Notes under the pieces: model-generated
What the model saw: only the letters and a program-made list of their open reading frames with translations
Database searches by the model: none
Told to the model about the DNA's origin: nothing
Shown: positions 59,563-64,000 of the stretch, piece after piece
How the letters are laid out: every line of letters starts with the position of its first letter
Position numbering within the stretch: the stretch's first letter is position 1
Made by a program: the position numbers and the translations under genes
NCBI GenBank assembly: GCA_016929395.1
Contig: JAFGIX010000025.1
Coordinates: 27,720 to 91,719 of the forward strand
Length of the DNA stretch: 64,000 nucleotides
Direction: 5' to 3'
Source: Candidatus Zymogenus saltonus
GTDB taxonomy: Bacteria; Desulfobacterota; Zymogenia; Zymogenales; Zymogenaceae

Positions 59563-60266
59563 TTGATTGAATTTCGGCGGAAAGACGCAGTTACTATGGA
59601 TGATTTTAAAGGCGAGCTGAGGGAGTTCTTTTCAATTGAACGCGTTGGATTCGGAGTAGCTGATATAACGGGACATCATCCCCTGTCCGGGGAGTTTCCG
59701 AGGGCATTGTCGATATGTTTGCCATATAAATATTGGCAGAGATTCAATGTCTATAATGAAGAGCGATTTCACGAGCTGTTGGAGGAAACACGTGCCATAA
59801 TGGGCGAAACCATAAACAGGCTCTCCGGACTGCTGAAGCTAAACAGCGGAGTGATAAAACATATGATTGTCCCTCAAGTGGGGCAGGATCCCGAGACACC
59901 CTTATGGCTCTTTTCCCCCACAAGCTCGCGGCGGTGCGCGCAGGTCTGGGATGGATCGGCAAAAGCTCCCTTCTGATTACGAGGGAACACGGCCCCAGAG
60001 TATACCTCGCAACCGTACTTGTCGACTGCGATATCGAGCCGGACAGGCCTGTCTTGGAAAGCGGATGCGGAGGCTGCACCGCCTGCGTTGAAGCCTGTCC
60101 ATATCTCTGTATAAAAGACCTGAATTGGCATTCCGGGACGCCGAGGGAAGAGCTCTTGGACGTTTACCTCTGCAACGCTAAAAGGGAGGAAGCTATTAAG
60201 TCGAAGGGACGAAAGGACGAATGCGGCCAGTGTCTGCTGGCCTGCCCCTACGGGAAGGGCGCTTAG
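59563..60266 (+). pseudogene. QueG-like 4Fe-4S double-cluster protein, apparently frameshifted
   Basis: ORF 59563..59976 (N-part) and ORF 59904..60266 overlap in different frames. The second ORF contains KLAAVRAGLGWIGKSSLLI and two Cys clusters (CGGCTACVEACPY, CGQCLLACPY) typical of epoxyqueuosine-reductase-type ferredoxin domains. A C5 run lies at 59915-59919. Confidence 0.45.
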
Positions 60267-60385
60267 TTATGAAGAATCTCCGATTACATTTTAGAAAAAC
60301 TTAAAACAATCGATGACTACTTATGTCTCTTATTTATTAAGCTGACTTAAGCTGTCTCTGTAGATTTAGTTAATCAGTTGTGCTT

Positions 60386-60679
<294 letters not shown>

Positions 60680-61003
60680 TTATAAGTGTCGATAATCAAT
60701 AGGCAAAAAAGTATTAAAATATGAAATTCCTAAAGAGCCTCATTTTACGCCACCCAACACTCCATTAAGCCGCCATCCCACCCGCAGATAACTTACGCCT
60801 CTTACCGTTTTTTCATACAACCTACTTTACACTGTCACCCGTTTTCACCACGCCCACTGCCATTGACAACGCCCACCGCCATGTACTAACCGATCCTTCC
60901 GCCGCCAACCCCCTGAATCCCTCATCCTCCCTCTTGCTACTTCCCAACCACACTTAACAAATGAAAGCTTTTAGTCAAAGTTCCTAAAAAACCCCTACGC
61001 TCA

Positions 61004-62182
61004 TTAATCTGCTGAATCGGGGTTGATTCTTACGGCGGTTTCATGTTCCCATGAATCGCCGTCCGATATGGGCTCGTAGTCATCGAACCAGTAAGCCTTC
61101 GGATTGCTTCTGCACATGATGAGGCGGTTGTAATCGTCCGGATTCACCGCCTGGTGATATTTGAAATATGTATATCCATCCCTCATCCCGACGACCTCGA
61201 CCTTTCCCGTATCGTGGGACATGATGTATCTCGAACGCTTCGCAAGGCCGGATACGTGGGATTTAGCCTCCTCGAAAACCTCGAACGCCCGCTCGACCTC
61301 CACTGCGTACATCTCGTTTCCAATAACGGGTCTGCACTGGAAGATATAGTACGGCGGGACGCCCACATAAGAGAGAACCCTGAAGAGCTCCGCGAGGGTT
61401 TCGGGATCGTCGTTGACGCCCTTAATCATAGGGGTTTGATTTACGGTAAGGGCGCCGGCTCTCTTCAGCATGTTCAGGGAGTCTATCGATTCCTCCGTCA
61501 ATTCCCTTGGATGGTTGAAGTGGACCATCATGTATATTTTCTTGTCTTTTGTGCTGTATTTACTGATCATCTCAAGGAGGGACGGGTCTTGGGTGATTCT
61601 CATAGGGTAAAAGGCGGGCATCTTTGACCCGATCCTGATGATCTTGACATGGTCTATCTCTCTGATCTGCCTGACGATGTTTCCGAGCTTTGGCGTGGAG
61701 AGCAGGAGAGGGTCGCCCCCGGTAAGAAGGACGTTTGTGATCTCCGGGTGATTGCGGATATATTCCAAGCCCTTGCTTACGTCCCTGACGACCTCCTCGT
61801 TGCCGCCGATGAAAAGGCGCTTCCTGAAGCAGAAGCGGCAGAATCCCCCGCAGATGTCGTTGACCAGCAGGAGCACCGTGGGGGTGTATTTGTGCTGAAG
61901 TCCAGGGGCCACCGTATATTGCTCCTCGTGGGAGGCGTCCAGCGTTCCCCAGTCCGTAAGCTCATCGAGATCGGGTATTATGATGCGGCGGATTGTATCT
62001 TTGGGATCTTTGAAGTCAATGAGGGAGAGGTAATACTCGTTGGCCCTGAACTGGAATTTATCCGTTACCTTTGTGAGATTTTCCCTCTCTGTCGGTGAAA
62101 GCCCTTCAACCCTGTTGATCTTTGTGATATATTTCGGCTTGATATTATTGCTATCTTGCTTCATATGTACCTCCTTCTCCAA
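61004..62182 (-). CDS. kamA: Lysine 2,3-aminomutase (KamA-family radical SAM, PLP-dependent)
   Basis: CGGFCRFCFRKR CX3CX2C motif and a KamA-type layout. Length 392 aa. Confidence 0.8.
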   Translation of the reverse strand: MEKEVHMKQDSNNIKPKYITKINRVEGLSPTERENLTKVTDKFQFRANEYYLSLIDFKDPKDTIRRIIIPDLDELTDWGTLDASHEEQYTVAPGLQHKYTPTVLLLVNDICGGFCRFCFRKRLFIGGNEEVVRDVSKGLEYIRNHPEITNVLLTGGDPLLLSTPKLGNIVRQIREIDHVKIIRIGSKMPAFYPMRITQDPSLLEMISKYSTKDKKIYMMVHFNHPRELTEESIDSLNMLKRAGALTVNQTPMIKGVNDDPETLAELFRVLSYVGVPPYYIFQCRPVIGNEMYAVEVERAFEVFEEAKSHVSGLAKRSRYIMSHDTGKVEVVGMRDGYTYFKYHQAVNPDDYNRLIMCRSNPKAYWFDDYEPISDGDSWEHETAVRINPDSAD

Positions 62183-62518
62183 CTTACAAACAAAATGAGA
62201 TTCGATGATGTCTGTTCCTAACCCTTAGATCAATATGCTAAAAGGGCAGATATCCTGATTGGTTTCCTCCAGTTTATTTACGAATTTTCAAGTATTAGCG
62301 TTCTGCTGGTCGATTAGAAAGCCTAACCAAATCATACGGGGATTCTTTTTGTGAAATGGTGCAGAATTTTTATGATTTATTTGTATTAACAATATAACAA
62401 GTTGAGAAAAAAATATCAAGGGAAAATGGAAAATTTTTTAAATTTTTTTACTGGACACATTTGGAGGCTATTTATTCCTTGACAAAGATTTCCTCTTTAT
62501 ATATCTTAATTATCAGGT

Positions 62519-62593
62519 GGGCGGTTAACTCAGCGGTAGAGTGCCATCCTCACACGGTGGAAGTCGCTGGTTCAAATCCAGCACCGCCTACCA
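62519..62593 (+). tRNA. tRNA-Val (anticodon CAC)
   Basis: 75-nt cloverleaf: acceptor GGGCGGT/ACCGCCT, D-arm ACTC/GAGT, anticodon stem CCATC/GGTGG with loop CTCACAC (U33, A37), T-arm GCTGG TTCAAAT CCAGC, 3' CCA encoded. Confidence 0.85.
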
Positions 62594-62762
62594 GTAAAAC
62601 CCCCCGGTCAAATTTCCGTCCTGTGAGTTGACGATTTGTCCGCAATGAATGGGGAAGATAGAAATCAAACTGTAACAAAGCATCTCTGGAATTAATGTTT
62701 AAATCGGCGGCTGTTTTCTTTAGTTATAATATTGGTACTGATTCAATTAATGGAGAAATGAT

Positions 62763-62954
62763 ATGTTTGGACTTGGAATTGTAGAATTAGTTATAATTCT
62801 TGTTGTTGCATTTTGCACTGTTTTCCTTCCTGTTTTGATTGTAGTATTATTGGTTATCAAATTGACCAATACATCAAAGAAAGAAGAAACAAAAGATAAA
62901 GATGCTGAATTTGAAGTTGCAGGGGATGAAGATAGAGATGTTGAGAAAAGTTGA
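62763..62954 (+). CDS. Small hypothetical membrane protein (63 aa)
   Basis: One long hydrophobic helix followed by an acidic/basic tail. Weak support. Confidence 0.2.
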   Translation: MFGLGIVELVIILVVAFCTVFLPVLIVVLLVIKLTNTSKKEETKDKDAEFEVAGDEDRDVEKS

Positions 62955-63218
62955 AATATGTTTAATATTGAAAATACGCTAAAGAATTAAACGTACAGAT
63001 TAATACCTTTTTAAAAGCCAAATTATTTACGCCCACCAAAACTGCCTCAATAAGTCTTTTCTTACCTTTAAAGACAACATAATCTCCAGATCATCCTTGA
63101 AAACAAACGTAAAGTCCCTGTTCAAGAAACGGGTCTTCGGTGGCTACCATGTGCGACTTGAGAAAGTACCCTCATTTCTCCCCCATCATATTTTTTAGTA
63201 AAAAAGGCGGGTTTTACC

Positions 63219-63247
63219 TTGACATCTTGCGGTCGCCTAACTATAAT
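63219..63247 (+). promoter_or_regulatory. Consensus sigma70 promoter (TTGACA-17-TATAAT) upstream of the terminal CrtI-like gene
   Basis: TTGACA at 63219-63224, a 17-nt spacer and TATAAT at 63242-63247. It sits ~35 nt before the ATG at 63282, which has a GGAAGGGGAGG RBS. Confidence 0.5.
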
Positions 63248-63281
63248 CTGACCCCTTAATAACCGGAAGGGGAGGGGTGTT

Positions 63282-64000
63282 ATGGCACGTGTTGTAATTA
63301 TTGGATCGGGTGTTGCCGGCCTTACGGCCGGGGCCTATATGGCAAAATCGGGGCATAAGGTAAAGATTTTCGAGCAGTTTGATAATATCGGAGGCGTCAC
63401 CGCCACGCTGCACAAGGACGGGTATTCGTGGGACCTGGGGCCGATGCTTCTTCAGGGCTTCGGGCCCGGGGAGCTGGGTGGAGACATCTTGGAGGATCTC
63501 TCGATATCCGACAAGGTCACACTCGTCAGGGACGACCGGGGCATTGTTATGCCCGATTTCGAATTATGGAAGCCTCACGAGTACGGAGGCCCCCATTGGC
63601 GCAGGGATTACCTGAAGGACGTCTTTCCCGACGAGGCCGAGGGCCTTGACCGCTATTACGAGTTCTACGACCGGATGATGGATCTCATGGCCTTAAACTA
63701 CCGCGCAAGCAGGGAATCAGGCCCTAAGAAGCTTTTTCTGAAGCTCTGGATGTTGTGGATTTTCAGGAAAGTGAAACAGATGCAGGGCTGGTCTGCTGAG
63801 GACGTGATGAACCACTTCTTCAGGGGGCCGGAGTTAAAAGGACTTTATACCGGAATTCTCGCCGATTTCGTTGTTCGTCCCAGCCAGTTTATGGGCCTTG
63901 CCGTACCGGCCGTGAATATCGAGACCGCCTTCGACAAAAGGATCCCCCTTAAGTATACTGCGGCGGGAAAGCGTCCCAGCTATCAGTACATCATAGGCGG
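63282..64000 (+). CDS. CrtI/phytoene-desaturase-family NAD(P)/FAD-dependent oxidoreductase (cytoplasmic type; 3' end outside the window)
   Basis: MARVVIIGSGVAGLTAGAYMAKSGHKVKIFEQFDNIGGVTAT dinucleotide-binding motif. The ORF is open to the window end. Confidence 0.75.
   Translation, partial: MARVVIIGSGVAGLTAGAYMAKSGHKVKIFEQFDNIGGVTATLHKDGYSWDLGPMLLQGFGPGELGGDILEDLSISDKVTLVRDDRGIVMPDFELWKPHEYGGPHWRRDYLKDVFPDEAEGLDRYYEFYDRMMDLMALNYRASRESGPKKLFLKLWMLWIFRKVKQMQGWSAEDVMNHFFRGPELKGLYTGILADFVVRPSQFMGLAVPAVNIETAFDKRIPLKYTAAGKRPSYQYIIG

Noticed and set aside
62600-63200. Integrase or mobile element next to tRNA-Val
   Set aside because: No integrase or transposase ORF and no direct repeat of the tRNA 3' end was found within the window. 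Only a small membrane ORF and a promoter are present.

Overview
This 64-kb window is a bacterial chromosomal segment, probably from a Gram-negative anaerobe; cpoB/ybgF, a LapA-like protein, several lipoproteins, many radical-SAM enzymes and a tetraheme cytochrome c3 support that. Arginine is mostly AGG/AGA. Gene density is high and no rRNA, CRISPR array or transposase is visible. Core genes include nadE, ispG, relA/spoT, rpmB, rsmI, ligA, cca, cpoB, dprA, topA, trmFO, cutA and tRNA-Val(CAC). Between them sit several accessory modules. (1) A glycan/glycolipid-type cluster at 5.8-15.8 kb: two paralogous B12-binding radical-SAM enzymes, a fused double GT4 glycosyltransferase, an NAD-dependent epimerase, a Rex-like regulator, another GT4 and a convergent pentapeptide-repeat/2-TM channel-like protein. 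(2) An operon at 48.1-52.8 kb: a radical-SAM enzyme with a non-canonical CX4CX2C motif, a 1021-aa protein whose centre carries class-III nucleotidyl-cyclase motifs (FVDLKGFT...LGDAVTF), and a secreted TPR protein. I consider this the best candidate for an undescribed system. (3) A redox module at 54.1-58.6 kb: a tetraheme cytochrome c, two tandem lipoprotein-type CrtI-like FAD oxidoreductases and a MerR regulator. (4) A low-GC islet next to tRNA-Val carrying a free-standing I-TevI-like GIY-YIG domain. Other points: two different genes are each interrupted by an in-frame TAG at a position where Trp is present in the intact paralogue (CrtI-like gene) or expected by family-consensus recall (serine hydrolase), and a QueG-like gene is frameshifted. 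Intergenic regions 3' of genes are purine-rich and G-quadruplex-prone on the sense strand and carry several families of degenerate direct repeats. One such array reuses the last ~57 bp of rsmI.
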